This document shows positions 50,801 to 59,029 of a stretch of 64,000 nucleotides of DNA, piece by piece. The stretch lies in NCBI GenBank assembly GCA_951406725.2, contig OX597830.1, positions 55,986,001 to 56,050,000 of the forward strand. Direction: 5' to 3'. The DNA comes from Octopus vulgaris. Taxonomy: Eukaryota. The translations under genes and the position numbers were made by a program. Under the pieces are notes generated by a model, which saw only the letters and a list, made by a program, of their open reading frames with translations, was not told the DNA's origin and made no database searches. Positions within the stretch are counted from its first letter, which is position 1; every line of letters begins with the position of its first letter.

Positions 50801-53718
50801 TCCTAACACCAAAAATGTATATATAATCATCATCATCATCGTTTAACGTCCGCTTTCCATGCTAGCATGGGTTGTATATATATAAAATATACATATATGC
50901 ATGAGTGTGCATGCTCATGCATCTAAGTGTATAACTATGAATATACATAAAACACATGGTTTAACACAAAGAGTCAGTAATTCCAAACCAAATATGTCAC
51001 ACGCTCATTCACCAAAACTAATACAAGGGCCATTCATTCACTTACACACAAAACTGGGGATAATCTCTTAGAAATATAAAAACAAGTATAGGCTTGCATC
51101 ATCCATGCCATCACATATCCTTTTTACTGACTTTTTATTACTTCTCTGATAATAATAATCTATTTACTGACCTCAACCCATGTGACTTTAGGTGTTCAAA
51201 AGCATCTCCTTCAAATTTATCACACAGATACGCTGTGTTTTTATCTTTCTGCATTATATTTAAACACTCATCTTCGGTAATCCACTGGGGTTTAAAGCCA
51301 TAAGACTTTAATGCCTGGACGAAAAAACAAAAGAAAAAGCTGTTATAATTGTCTTCTATTTAATTGCTACAGAGGTAACACGAATGTATAAAACTTAGTA
51401 AAGACATTAATAATTGTTTGTAATTTAGGCACAAGATAAGCAATTTTGAAGGTAGGGGGTTAGTCAATATCATCAACTTCAGTACTTGACTGGCCCTTTA
51501 TTTTATGAACCCCAAGGAATGAAAGGCAAAGTTGATCTCAGTAGGATTTGAGTACAATGTTGGAAGAAATACTACAAGGCATTTAATCTGATACTAATAA
51601 TTCATCATAAACCAATGCCTTATATAATTGTTTCTAATTAAGGCACAAGGTCAGAATTTTAAGCGGAGTAGTGTTAGTCGATATCATCAACCCCAGTACT
51701 TTATTTTACTGACCTTGAAAGAATGAAAGGCAAATTATCAACCCCAAAAAGATGAAAGAATATTTGTTTCTAAGTTAGGCAGAAGGACATAGATTTTGGT
51801 TAGATTAAGAGTTGAATAGTAATTTATAATATATTAACTTAAAATGAAATGCAAAATCAATCCAAGCAAGGTTTTGAATAAGGTGAAAGTAAATAGCACT
51901 CGTTAAATAATAACATCACTTTTAATGTCCAGAAATGCAGCAAATGAGAGATATTTGAGAAAACAGAAATAGGGAGATGAGAGTTATTTCTCCCAATTTT
52001 TGTCTGCACTTGACAGCTAGATTTTAAGAGTAGCTCTATTTGGCCAGGCCACACTCATTTACCTTTCAGCAAATTTTTATTGGAGATTAGCACGTCCCTC
52101 TTCAATCTAACCTTACTCTTCATGTGACATAAAAAATCCAAAGAGGTCTTAGCTGCAGAGGAAAAGCCCTGAACACAGTTCTCTTAATAATCTTTTCTGC
52201 TATAGGCATAAGGCCTGAAATTTTGGGGAAGAGAGCTAGTTGATTATATCAACTCCATTGCTTGACTGGCACTTTATTATATCAACTCTGAGAGGATGAA
52301 AGACAAAGTTGACCTCAGTGAGATTTGAACTCAGAACAAAAGAAATGCTGTTAAAAATTTTGTCCAAAGCTCTAATGATTTTGCCAGTGCTGGTCTCAAA
52401 TTTTAGCACAAGGCTAACCACTTTGAGAGGAGGATGTACCTATTACACTGACACTGGGACCTAAGTTAATCAGAATGCAAAGCTGAAATGAATGCTACAA
52501 AGAATTCTATCTGATGCTCTAATGATTCTGTCAGCTTGCCACTCTAAATAGTTATAATGTTCCTTTTACATTTAATGATTTTCTATTCTTTTCCAATATC
52601 ATCATCATCATTGTTTAACGTCCGCTTTCCATACTGGCAGGGGTTGGATAGTTTGACTGAGGACTGGCGAGCCAGATGGCTGCACCAAGCTCCAATCTAT
52701 CTGGCATGCCCTTCCTAATGCCAACTACTCCGAGAGTGTAGTAGGTGCTTTTACGTGCTACCAGCACGAGGGCCAGTCAGGCAATACTGGCAACAACCAC
52801 ACACAAATGGTGTTTTTTTATTTTCCACCTTCACAGGAGCCAGTCCAGTGGCACTGGCAATGACCTCGCTCGACTGTTGTTTATCACGTGCCACCTGCAC
52901 AAGTGCCAGTAAGGCGTCACTGGTAACGATCATGCTCGAATGGTGCTTTTTATGTGCCACTGAGACGGGAACCAGTCAGCGGCCCTGGCAACGATCACAC
53001 TCGGATAGTGCTCTTAGCGCTCCACTAGCACGGATGCCAGTCAAGCGGTGCTGTCATCGAATTTGATTTCGATTTCCAATACTTTTTATTAATTATTTCA
53101 TCTCTACCATAGCACATTTCTTGATTTTGAATGTTACTCCTATGTCACTGCTAAATATTATGGTTTGCACTAATGAATCCTGTTGTTTTTACCATATTAT
53201 TCATAAAACGGCGGTGCATCAGCATGGCTGTAGCTATGAGCTGAAACTACAGAAAAAGAAATAAATAATTGCTGAAATGAATTTCCTTACAGAAATAAAT
53301 GATTTATGCAATTTCAGTGCTTGATATTTGTAAAAATCATATTAATTCTTTAAACACAAATCCAATGGGAGAGACATGAACTAGTCATTCTAACCATAGC
53401 AGAGCCTGTAAAAACTGCTCTGGCTATGAAAACATCTAAGTCTCTTTTGGAACCTTTAGAATTAACATCCAAATCTCTTTTTGAAATCACACACAACTGT
53501 CTTGAACAAGAAAGGACACAGTGAGTGATACCATCCAGGGAACACAAAAATAAAGTAAAAAAAAAACAAAAACCCATGATCACAGCAGGAACACTTCTGA
53601 CCATAGGTCAAAAGCTAGGACTAAACAACGTACTTACATTGAAGGCTTCTGTACATCTAGAAGAAACTTCCCCATTCTTACACTGAACACATTTCACTCT
53701 GAACTCAGTCTCTGCCAT
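315..53718 (-). CDS. TOPBP1: DNA topoisomerase 2-binding protein 1 (TopBP1/Rad4/Dpb11/Mus101 family), complete spliced CDS, 41 coding exons, 1555 aa
   Basis: All 41 exons have AG/GT boundaries with consistent phases and sum to 4668 nt ending in TGA. The translation follows vertebrate TopBP1 in order: BRCT1 (ISCT..R, THLVAG.VGS.KY), BRCT2 ([10 protein letters not shown]), BRCT3 (DGCKIYLSGF), BRCT4/5, TPSKFL, BRCT6 (LGADYTW..FPHTFNP), AAD ([12 protein letters not shown]), BRCT7/8 ([28 protein letters not shown]) and a basic C-terminal NLS. Confidence 0.96.
779..912 (-). CDS. TOPBP1: TopBP1 coding exon 40 (BRCT8 end)
   Basis: [44 protein letters not shown]. Confidence 0.92.
1993..2184 (-). CDS. 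TOPBP1: TopBP1 coding exon 39 (BRCT8)
   Basis: [38 protein letters not shown]...ATHALID. Confidence 0.94.
3916..4038 (-). CDS. TOPBP1: TopBP1 coding exon 38 (BRCT7-8 linker)
   Basis: [41 protein letters not shown]. Confidence 0.94.
4870..4976 (-). CDS. TOPBP1: TopBP1 coding exon 37 (BRCT7)
   Basis: [36 protein letters not shown]. Confidence 0.95.
5148..5371. mobile_element. piggyBac-like MITE (same family as 41798-42013)
   Basis: ttaa-ccctttagc...gctaacagg-ttaa; internal sequence matches the 41798 copy. Confidence 0.72.
5532..5744 (-). mobile_element. tRNA-derived SINE, most abundant family here (roughly 20 degenerate intronic copies)
   Basis: Minus-strand head ggcggcgagctgacagaaacgttagc, B-box-like gagttcaaattcc, central ctttcatcctttcggggttgata; 17-bp TSD with 1 mismatch (5515-5531 / 5745-5761). 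Confidence 0.82.
5880..5973 (-). CDS. TOPBP1: TopBP1 coding exon 36 (BRCT7)
   Basis: [31 protein letters not shown]. Confidence 0.94.
7374..7516 (-). CDS. TOPBP1: TopBP1 coding exon 35 (BRCT7 start)
   Basis: [19 protein letters not shown]...[11 protein letters not shown]. Confidence 0.9.
7652..7721 (-). CDS. TOPBP1: TopBP1 coding exon 34
   Basis: [23 protein letters not shown] (cf. PTPQAPSIAFP). Confidence 0.85.
8162..8276 (-). CDS. TOPBP1: TopBP1 coding exon 33
   Basis: [24 protein letters not shown]...PTNG (cf. LASNLQWPSCPTQ). Confidence 0.9.
8396..8510 (-). CDS. TOPBP1: TopBP1 coding exon 32 (ATR-activation core, conserved Trp)
   Basis: [38 protein letters not shown]; an alternative in-frame acceptor at 8480 is possible. 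Confidence 0.88.
8879..8947 (-). CDS. TOPBP1: TopBP1 coding exon 31
   Basis: [23 protein letters not shown] (cf. SSTPDST). Confidence 0.82.
9701..9738 (-). CDS. TOPBP1: TopBP1 coding exon 30 (38 nt)
   Basis: [13 protein letters not shown]; supplies the required phase 2 to phase 1 link; strong pyrimidine tract. Confidence 0.8.
11220..11284 (-). CDS. TOPBP1: TopBP1 coding exon 29 (AAD helical segment)
   Basis: [21 protein letters not shown]. Confidence 0.87.
12221..12460 (-). CDS. TOPBP1: TopBP1 coding exon 28 (disordered linker)
   Basis: [19 protein letters not shown]...KKPDVEN; cag/gtgagt, phase 0-0. Confidence 0.87.
13458..13526 (-). CDS. TOPBP1: TopBP1 coding exon 27 (BRCT6 end)
   Basis: [23 protein letters not shown] (cf. 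PESLYPHTYNPKMSL). Confidence 0.93.
14984..16153 (+). mobile_element. Non-autonomous Helitron, copy A (~1.17 kb)
   Basis: Starts TC and ends CTAG, inserted between A and T with no TSD; subterminal GC hairpin cccgagcaacgccggg; near-identical inverted copy at 31633-32798. Confidence 0.85.
16436..16519 (-). CDS. TOPBP1: TopBP1 coding exon 26 (BRCT6)
   Basis: [28 protein letters not shown]; gtttgt donor. Confidence 0.92.
16973..17119 (-). CDS. TOPBP1: TopBP1 coding exon 25 (BRCT6)
   Basis: [49 protein letters not shown]. Confidence 0.94.
18060..18167 (-). CDS. TOPBP1: TopBP1 coding exon 24
   Basis: [36 protein letters not shown]; tag/gtgagt. Confidence 0.82.
18536..18604 (-). CDS. TOPBP1: TopBP1 coding exon 23
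   Basis: [23 protein letters not shown]; cag/gtaag, phase 0-0. Confidence 0.8.
19264..19389 (-). CDS. TOPBP1: TopBP1 coding exon 22
   Basis: [42 protein letters not shown] (conserved PSKFL..P.F). Confidence 0.9.
21337..21703 (-). CDS. TOPBP1: TopBP1 coding exon 21 (BRCT5 end plus linker)
   Basis: [20 protein letters not shown]...HTSRIL; lies within ORF 21268..21792; gtatgt donor. Confidence 0.88.
22286..22500. mobile_element. piggyBac-like MITE
   Basis: TTAA on both sides; TIR ccctttcgtta / taacgaaaggg. Confidence 0.8.
23581..23709 (-). CDS. TOPBP1: TopBP1 coding exon 20 (BRCT5)
   Basis: [43 protein letters not shown]. Confidence 0.93.
23820..25193 (+). mobile_element. Tc1/mariner superfamily DNA transposon remnant, DD41D-type, degenerate transposase
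   Basis: 33-bp TIRs (cagggtca..aaaaaggtttctgtgattt.ag, 3 mismatches) with TA TSDs. Motifs [20 protein letters not shown] and W.PR.PDLTPM(A)FFFW; 41 residues separate the QQD Asp from the third catalytic position, which is now Ala. Confidence 0.88.
24369..24537 (+). mobile_element. 5'-truncated RTE-like LINE tail inserted in the transposase
   Basis: TSD GGAGCTCA at 24361-24368 and 24538-24545; (GAT)n tail; peptide [27 protein letters not shown] resembles the RTE ORF C-terminus. Confidence 0.78.
25483..25767 (-). mobile_element. Young tRNA-derived SINE nested in an older SINE
   Basis: Head gtggaggcgcaatggcccagtggttagggcagc..gtttcgattccc; 14-bp TSD AAATCTATCTATAT (25469-25482 / 25768-25781); CpGs retained. 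Confidence 0.82.
26521..26888 (+). mobile_element. tRNA-derived SINE with CORE-like segment
   Basis: Same family as 36373-36776 in the opposite orientation. Confidence 0.8.
26929..26988 (-). CDS. TOPBP1: TopBP1 coding exon 19 (BRCT5)
   Basis: [20 protein letters not shown]. Confidence 0.9.
27194..27411 (+). mobile_element. Mariner-derived MITE
   Basis: Imperfect TIRs (acaagttcctggcttt / aaaaccaagaactttt); internal [12 protein letters not shown] resembling a mariner C-terminus. Confidence 0.6.
28091..28203 (-). CDS. TOPBP1: TopBP1 coding exon 18 (BRCT4-5)
   Basis: [37 protein letters not shown]. Confidence 0.92.
29088..29194 (-). CDS. TOPBP1: TopBP1 coding exon 17 (BRCT4)
   Basis: [36 protein letters not shown] (cf. 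DYAVVPLLGC..EVVTNTWL). Confidence 0.92.
30111..30221 (-). CDS. TOPBP1: TopBP1 coding exon 16 (BRCT4)
   Basis: [37 protein letters not shown]. Confidence 0.9.
31281..32816 (-). mobile_element. Second Helitron-like family hosting copy B in its 5' (TA)n tract
   Basis: On the minus strand: A|TCTCTCTCTCTATATATA [copy B] TATATATATAAACGGCAAAATGTCTGTGTG... ending in a hairpin and CTAG|T at 31281. Confidence 0.7.
31633..32798 (-). mobile_element. Non-autonomous Helitron, copy B (inverted relative to copy A)
   Basis: Reverse complement of 14984-16153 with scattered substitutions and small reciprocal indels; A|TC...CTAG|T ends. Confidence 0.85.
32867..32947 (-). CDS. TOPBP1: TopBP1 coding exon 15 (linker)
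   Basis: [27 protein letters not shown]; phase 1-1, tag/gttagt; low conservation and skippable in frame. Confidence 0.7.
33528..33688 (-). CDS. TOPBP1: TopBP1 coding exon 14
   Basis: [11 protein letters not shown]...[20 protein letters not shown] (cf. DEDLLSQY). Confidence 0.87.
34753..34875 (-). CDS. TOPBP1: TopBP1 coding exon 13 (BRCT3 end)
   Basis: [32 protein letters not shown]; gtgagt donor. Confidence 0.92.
34955..35321 (-). mobile_element. tRNA-derived SINE with CORE-like segment
   Basis: Same family as 36373-36776. Confidence 0.8.
36008..36097 (-). CDS. TOPBP1: TopBP1 coding exon 12 (BRCT3)
   Basis: [30 protein letters not shown]. Confidence 0.93.
36373..36776 (-). mobile_element. 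tRNA-derived SINE with CORE-like segment
   Basis: A/B-box-like head, ccttgggcaagtgtctt segment, internal (TA)n, tail gtaaaagagta; further copies at 26521-26888(+), ~34955-35321(-), ~33040-33352(-) and fragments elsewhere. Confidence 0.82.
36851..36924 (-). CDS. TOPBP1: TopBP1 coding exon 11 (BRCT3)
   Basis: [24 protein letters not shown]. Confidence 0.93.
37485..37930. repeat. Degenerate minisatellite (caatttgacacaca-type units)
   Basis: Recurrent aatttgaca/aacttgaca/aatttaaca motif roughly every 35-45 bp. Confidence 0.65.
38072..38229 (-). CDS. TOPBP1: TopBP1 coding exon 10
   Basis: [20 protein letters not shown]...SFFDGCK. Confidence 0.88.
39788..39958 (-). CDS. TOPBP1: TopBP1 coding exon 9 (BRCT2 end)
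   Basis: [36 protein letters not shown]...STPTKNTSA; gtcagt donor. Confidence 0.9.
40703..40768 (-). CDS. TOPBP1: TopBP1 coding exon 8 (BRCT2)
   Basis: [22 protein letters not shown]. Confidence 0.93.
41216..41343 (-). CDS. TOPBP1: TopBP1 coding exon 7 (BRCT2)
   Basis: [42 protein letters not shown]. Confidence 0.93.
41798..42013. mobile_element. piggyBac-like MITE (second family)
   Basis: TTAA flanks; TIR ccctttagt / actaaaggg; related copies at 5148-5371, ~14615-14825 and ~38884-39095. Confidence 0.78.
42533..42606 (-). CDS. TOPBP1: TopBP1 coding exon 6 (BRCT1 end)
   Basis: [24 protein letters not shown]; cag/gtatgt. Confidence 0.93.
43167..43274 (-). CDS. TOPBP1: TopBP1 coding exon 5 (BRCT1)
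   Basis: [36 protein letters not shown]. Confidence 0.93.
43430..43750. repeat. Degenerate minisatellite (gtcaacatacactacaataat-type units)
   Basis: Recurrent tcaaca/ttaaca..cacta..caataatg units of about 20-25 bp. Confidence 0.65.
45280..45545. repeat. Tandem duplication, ~120-bp unit, about 2.3 copies
   Basis: ctctctggctaggtaaccaagtatctccttcatgtcagcacacctgtatctg repeated at ~45284 and ~45404, with a third diverged start at ~45514. Confidence 0.8.
46272..46358 (-). CDS. TOPBP1: TopBP1 coding exon 4 (BRCT1 start)
   Basis: [29 protein letters not shown]; tag/gtaagt. Confidence 0.92.
47055..47100 (-). CDS. TOPBP1: TopBP1 coding exon 3
   Basis: [16 protein letters not shown] (cf. RIVGPQVV); cag/gtaagt. 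Confidence 0.9.
49262..49694 (+). mobile_element. 3' fragment of a maT-like Tc1/mariner transposon
   Basis: [41 protein letters not shown]; ends ...cttatgcaccctg followed by TA. Confidence 0.72.
51172..51314 (-). CDS. TOPBP1: TopBP1 coding exon 2 (BRCT0)
   Basis: [47 protein letters not shown]; strong pyrimidine tract with cag; gtcagt donor. Confidence 0.9.
52599..53075 (-). mobile_element. SINE/LINE-tail family with (ATG)n tail and internal tandem subrepeats
   Basis: catcatcat..tttaacgtccgctttccat..gggttgga end shared with ~20490, ~48011, ~49920 and ~50665; repeated gccagt..ctggcaa units. Confidence 0.7.
53638..53718 (-). CDS. TOPBP1: TopBP1 coding exon 1 (start codon; exon extends as 5'UTR to 53759)
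   Basis: [27 protein letters not shown]; gtaagt donor, phase 0; upstream acceptor tttactag at 53760. Confidence 0.8.
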
Positions 53719-55280
53719 GATGCTCCTCACCAATATACTGACACAGCCAGCATCACAACCTAGTAAATAGGAAATAAATGCATTAAAAAGTGGTATACAC
53801 AAATAAACATCTATCAAGAAAACAAGCAATAACAAAATAAACCTTTGGATAGAATCTTCAAACACAATTCATCTAACCAATACACCATTATATCATTGTG
53901 TTTCTTGATAGTATACTGGTCAAATTCTTCTAATTCAATTTGTTGCAGAAAATACTATTTTGAAGGAAAAATAATGACATTCTCCATAGAGGTAAAGTCG
54001 TTGATAATATTCATACAAAACCTCATTTCCTTACAAGAATACAATACAATACAAACAATTAACACTAAAAGAGAGTGAGAGGACACTAATTTCAAGAGAA
54101 TAAACTAATTACCGCTGTTTTTTTTAAGTTCAAACATCATCAAACCATTTTGAAAGAGAAAATTCAACTTATTTACAACACACTGGGTAGAAACATGAGC
54201 ATGTGGTTAAAAAGACGCTTCAAAACTAGTGCAAGAGAAAAACACTTGATTTTTACAGCTATTGGTGTGATACTAGTAAAGTTTGGCAGGTGGTAACAGC
54301 ATCTACATATAGTTACTGTTTTATCATGTTTTTCAGTTACTATAATGATTTGGATGTATTTGTTGTTGAAGCATCAATCAAGAATGGTAAATCTGACGTC
54401 TTTTTTCTTTTATGTACCCTGCACATAGTTTTCAGTTTAATTCCACCATACTTTCATAGGACAAATCTTTTACTTACTTTTACTATAGGACAAATCTTTT
54501 ACTTGAAGTCGACCAAAGCCTTGTAAGTGAAATTTGGAATGGCCGTGTGGTTAAAAAGTTCTCTTCTCAACCACATGATTTCAGGTTCAGTCCTACTGTG
54601 TGGAAGCTATGACACATTTCCACCAAAGGCCATGAAAATATAAGGAAATATTAACTTGCTTGGAAACAGGTGATGGTTGGCAACAGGAAGAGCATCCAGG
54701 CATGGAACGTCTACACCCAATGAATTCTACCTGACCCATGTAAGCATGGAAAAGTGGATGATAAAAACAATGATGATGATGATGGAAAGTATGTAGGAGC
54801 TATTGTGAGGAGTTGTTCTTCAGTAAGAAATTTAGTTTGTTGCAGCTGCAGGTCTGGATGAAAACTTGCTTCCTAACTATGCAGTCTCAAGTTCAATCCA
54901 TTACATGGCATCTTGGACAAGTGTCTCCTATTATAGCCTTGGGCCAATCAAAGTCTTGAGTAGGTTTGGTGGAAACTTGAAGAAACCCATCATGCGGCAA
55001 TTTGCCGTACTTGATAAGACACATCAAGCTAAGTAAAATCACCGTCTTACACATACAGGCTTGTCCTTTCAGGTGTCAGTACTGCATAAATGCAGCTAAG
55101 CCAGTGGCACATAAAAAGCACCCAGCACACTCTAAGTGGTTGGCATTAGGAAGGACATCCAGCCATAGAAACCATGCCACAGCTGGAGTCTGGACAGCTC
55201 CATGTCAAACTGTCCAACCCATGCCAGCATGGAAAGTGGATATTAAACAATGATACATATGTATATATACACACACGTGT

Positions 55281-55594
55281 GTGGAGGCACATGGCCTAGT
55301 GGCTAGAGCAGCGGACTCGCGGTCGAGGGATCGTGGGTTCAAATCTCAGACTGGGCGATGTGTGTGTTTATGAGCGAAAACACCTAATCTCCACGTGACT
55401 CTGGCAGAAGGTAATGGTGAACTTCTGCTGACTCTTTCGCCACAACTTTCTCTCATTCTTTCCTCCTGCATCTTGCAGCTCACCTGCAACGGACTGGCGT
55501 CCCATCCAGGTGGGGAACCTATATGCCAAGGAAACTGGGAAACTGGCCCTTATGAGCCAGGCATGGCTCGAGAAGGAACAAAAAAAAAAAAAAA
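55281..55594 (+). mobile_element. tRNA-derived SINE with V-domain-like segment and poly(A) tail
   Basis: Head similar to the 25483-25767 element; cctgcaacggactggcgtcccatccagg segment; A-tail. Confidence 0.75.
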
Positions 55595-56534
55595 TACACA
55601 CACGTGTGTGTGTGTATGTACAGCTGTGTTGACATCACATGATGGTTGTAAACGTACATCACCATTATACAAGCGATGTTGTTCCTTTCCAGTATTGTGT
55701 GAGAATATGTCTGGTTATGGGGAAATATCAACTTGCTTGGAAACAGGTGAGTGCTGGCAAGAAGAAGGGTATCTGACCAAAGAAAATCTACCTCAACAAA
55801 TAAACTCAGTCTGATCCATGCAAGCATGGAAAAGTGGTCACTGAAAAATGATATCCAGTGTAACATTACTAATTGCTTAAAAAGCTTCTAACAGACTGCA
55901 CTCCAGTTGCAAGCACAAGACAAATGTTTCAGGTTTGAAGATAACTTCCTTCCTTCTTTACTCCAGTCTCAGAGGTTCTGGAAAGGATTATGGTTACTGT
56001 ATTGCCTACTCAGACGAAATAAAAAAAAAAGCTAAATGTTTCAGTTTCATTTTGAGAATAACAGGGATTTAGTACAACTTTTCCTTATAAAACTGGTGTT
56101 TAGGACAGAAAAGATTCTTAATTAGGATCAAAGTGTTTTAATTTAAATATGAAGAGGTTTGTCGTACAATTACAAATGGCCTTGGGTGGCTTGATATAGA
56201 AAGGAGTTAAGAAAGCAGTTTTTGTATTACATAGTAAAACAAAACCAGATGGAAAAAATTCCAGACCAAAGATTAATTGAATTATTTTGATCTCATTGAT
56301 ATAGAATATTTACTGATTAATATACCATATTTATTTATTAGCTTTAACTTGTTTCAGTCATTAGACTGTGGCCATGCAGGGGCACTACCTTGAGTTTTTA
56401 GTCAAAAGAATCGACCCCAGTACTTGTTAAGCCTGGTAGTTATTCTATCAGTCCCTTTTGCCAAACTGTTAAGTTATGGGGATGTAAACACACCAGCACC
56501 GATTGCCAAGCAGTGGTGGGGGACAAACACAGAT

Positions 56535-57550
56535 ATAGTGGGTTGGCAAGAAAGTAATTTCATTTTTTGCAAATATGAATAGAGTTATGATTTTTTCCTT
56601 AGCCGTTACCTTTAGTTTACTTTAGAAGCAAATTGCACATCATTTTGTTTACAGCTGTTAGTACAGTGTCTATTTTAACATTGAGTGCAAAAACTAATAT
56701 TTTCATCATATTTTGCTTTTTTATTTCCGTAAAGGCAAGAAAGCTGTTGAGATATGTGAAGTTTATGGTGTTGAATACTTAACAGAATAAACGTCAGAAA
56801 TGGTTTTAAAAATTCTTTTCTGAAGATTTTTCACTCAAAGATGACCAACATTCTAGTTGACCTTCTGAAGTTGATGATGACCAAATCAAAGCCATAATTG
56901 AATCTGTACCATACACAACAATTGAAAATCACTTAAAATGTCTTGGACTTGTTAAAAAAGCTCGATATTTGGGTTCTACATAAATTGAAAGAGATTCACT
57001 CAACACAATGAATCAATATTTCCGATATACATCTCAAATGCAATGAAATTGACTTTTTTTTTAAACAAATCATCACTGGTGATGAAAAATTGATTGTCTA
57101 CAATAACATCAATCAAAAACGATAATAGCCCAAGCATAATGAACCAGTACCGACCACATTGGAAAAAGGTCATGCCGTCAATATGGTAGGATTACAAAGG
57201 TGTTGTGTATTCTGAGCTGTTTTCAAGGAACCAAACAATCAATTCAGATGTTTACTGTCAACAACTAATGAAACAGCCAGAATTGGCAAATCATAAAGGA
57301 ATCGTGTTCCACTATGACATTTACTTCAAAGTTTGCAAAATTCTTTCAATAATGATGATGATCTGAAATTGCACTTGATTCAGTTTTCAGCTAAGGACCA
57401 GAAGTTCTATGAGCGAGGAATCACGAAGTTGCTAGAAAGATGGCAAAAGGTCATCGAACAAAATGGAAAATATATAATTGATTAAAGTTCATTCTTTGTA
57501 TGAAAAAAAAAACCAACTTTTATTTTATACTAAAAATCGAAATAACTTTC
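56535..57550 (+). mobile_element. Degenerate mariner transposon inserted within a SINE
   Basis: Fragments HILLFYFRKGK, WVLHKL, IITGDEK, W*DYKGVV, VFHYD, GITKLLERWQKVIEQNGKYI; partial TIRs gaaagtaatttc / gaaataactttc; stops, frameshifts and internal deletions. Confidence 0.85.
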
Positions 57551-58139
57551 TATATAAATGTATATATAGGCACATATACATTTATATAATATATAACTTA
57601 TATAAGTTTCAGTTTCTGTCAACAAAATCCACTCACAAGGTTTTGGTCAACCCAAGGTGTCATGCAGTGGGACTGAACCTGGAACCATGTCATTAGGAAG
57701 CAAGCTTCTCAAAATCCCTTTATAGTCATATTTCTCTTTCCTTATATATAAATGCAAACACACACACCATATCTGCAGGTATATAAGACGTGCATTTGTT
57801 TTTATAAAAAAAAAAAAAAGGCCCTATGGTTTATTATAAACTGAGTGTTATACTCTAGAGAACCAGGTGAGCTAGGCACAATAACTGTAATATTATTTAA
57901 TTATCACCCTATCTAATATATCATTTGGTACTTCAGATATCACAGCAGATATTAACAAAATTACAAATAACTCAGCTGCAGACCTTGACAGATTCCCCAC
58001 TAGTCCTCAAGAACTGCCATTTCCTTTAGCTATTCTCTGGAGGAAATCAATAGGTGTCCAAGAGAAACTGTTAAAATGAGCGAAAGTGCTTTTTGGCAAA
58101 AAGAACCCAGCATGTGGTGATGGATGGTGTTTAATCAAG

Positions 58140-58900
58140 CTCAGCAAGAGTCCTCAGTGAAGTCCTACAGGCACTGTATTGGCTCTACATCTTTTCACTA
58201 TTTACATCAATGTCATCAAACAGCAGCATTAGAATTTTCAAAGATGACTAAGGTTCTGAAGGTCATTGACAGAGCAGGAGACCAGACTAATCTCCAATCA
58301 AATCTTCTTGCTGTTATCCATGGCATCAAACACTCCTAGGGACCTCGAAGTAACTATCAACAACAATTTAAGCTTGTGTGCCCACATAAGCACTAAGTCA
58401 GCATGGCTTGCAGGGTATGCTCCTGGATCCTCGGAACATTTTGTCTAGAGACACACTCCTACCATTATCCTTCTCTTCACTACCTTTGTTCATCTTCACC
58501 TTGAATACAGTTGTCTGCTGTGATCTCCCCACACGAAACAACATATAAAACGTGAAACATCCAAGAGATGATCACAAGGAAAATAGACATAAGTCTTGAT
58601 TATTGGAATCATCTTGAGAAACTCGAACTTTATTCCCTCCAATGCTGCCCCGAGCGCTATATCATTTGTAATGATATGGAAAATATTCAAACAGCACTGA
58701 TGAAATGATGTTGGTATCAATTTTAAAATTCGCCCAAGGCTTGTTCCCCTTGCCACCTGTCCTCTACAAAAATCCTCCTGGTGTCACATCACAATACTAT
58801 GACATTTCACCTCAACTGGCTCTGCCCTCCTTAACATTGTGCCAAGACACGTAAGAGTAGAAAAAGATCTCGACATTCAAATGGGTCCTGAACGAAAATC
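58140..58900 (+). mobile_element. Degenerate CR1/L2-like LINE reverse transcriptase relic
   Basis: Frameshifted motifs resembling VPQGTVL, DDTK, RDLGV.I..NL, LEYSC..WSPH and LYSLQ..RERY. Confidence 0.65.
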
Positions 58901-59029
58901 TCCCAAAAATTCAAACCACCGATACTCAGATATATCTCTGCAAACAATAACTCTTTATGCAAATAGGCTATGGTGCCCAAAGAATGACTGCTACAAGAAA
59001 CATCGGCAGAGTTTCGGATCCAGACATCG

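Noticed and set aside
397-53637. Intronic snoRNAs or miRNAs hosted by TopBP1
   Set aside because: The TGATGA matches I saw lie mostly in (ATG)n SINE tails, and I found no convincing C/D pair with a terminal stem by eye. An Infernal/Rfam scan is needed to exclude them.
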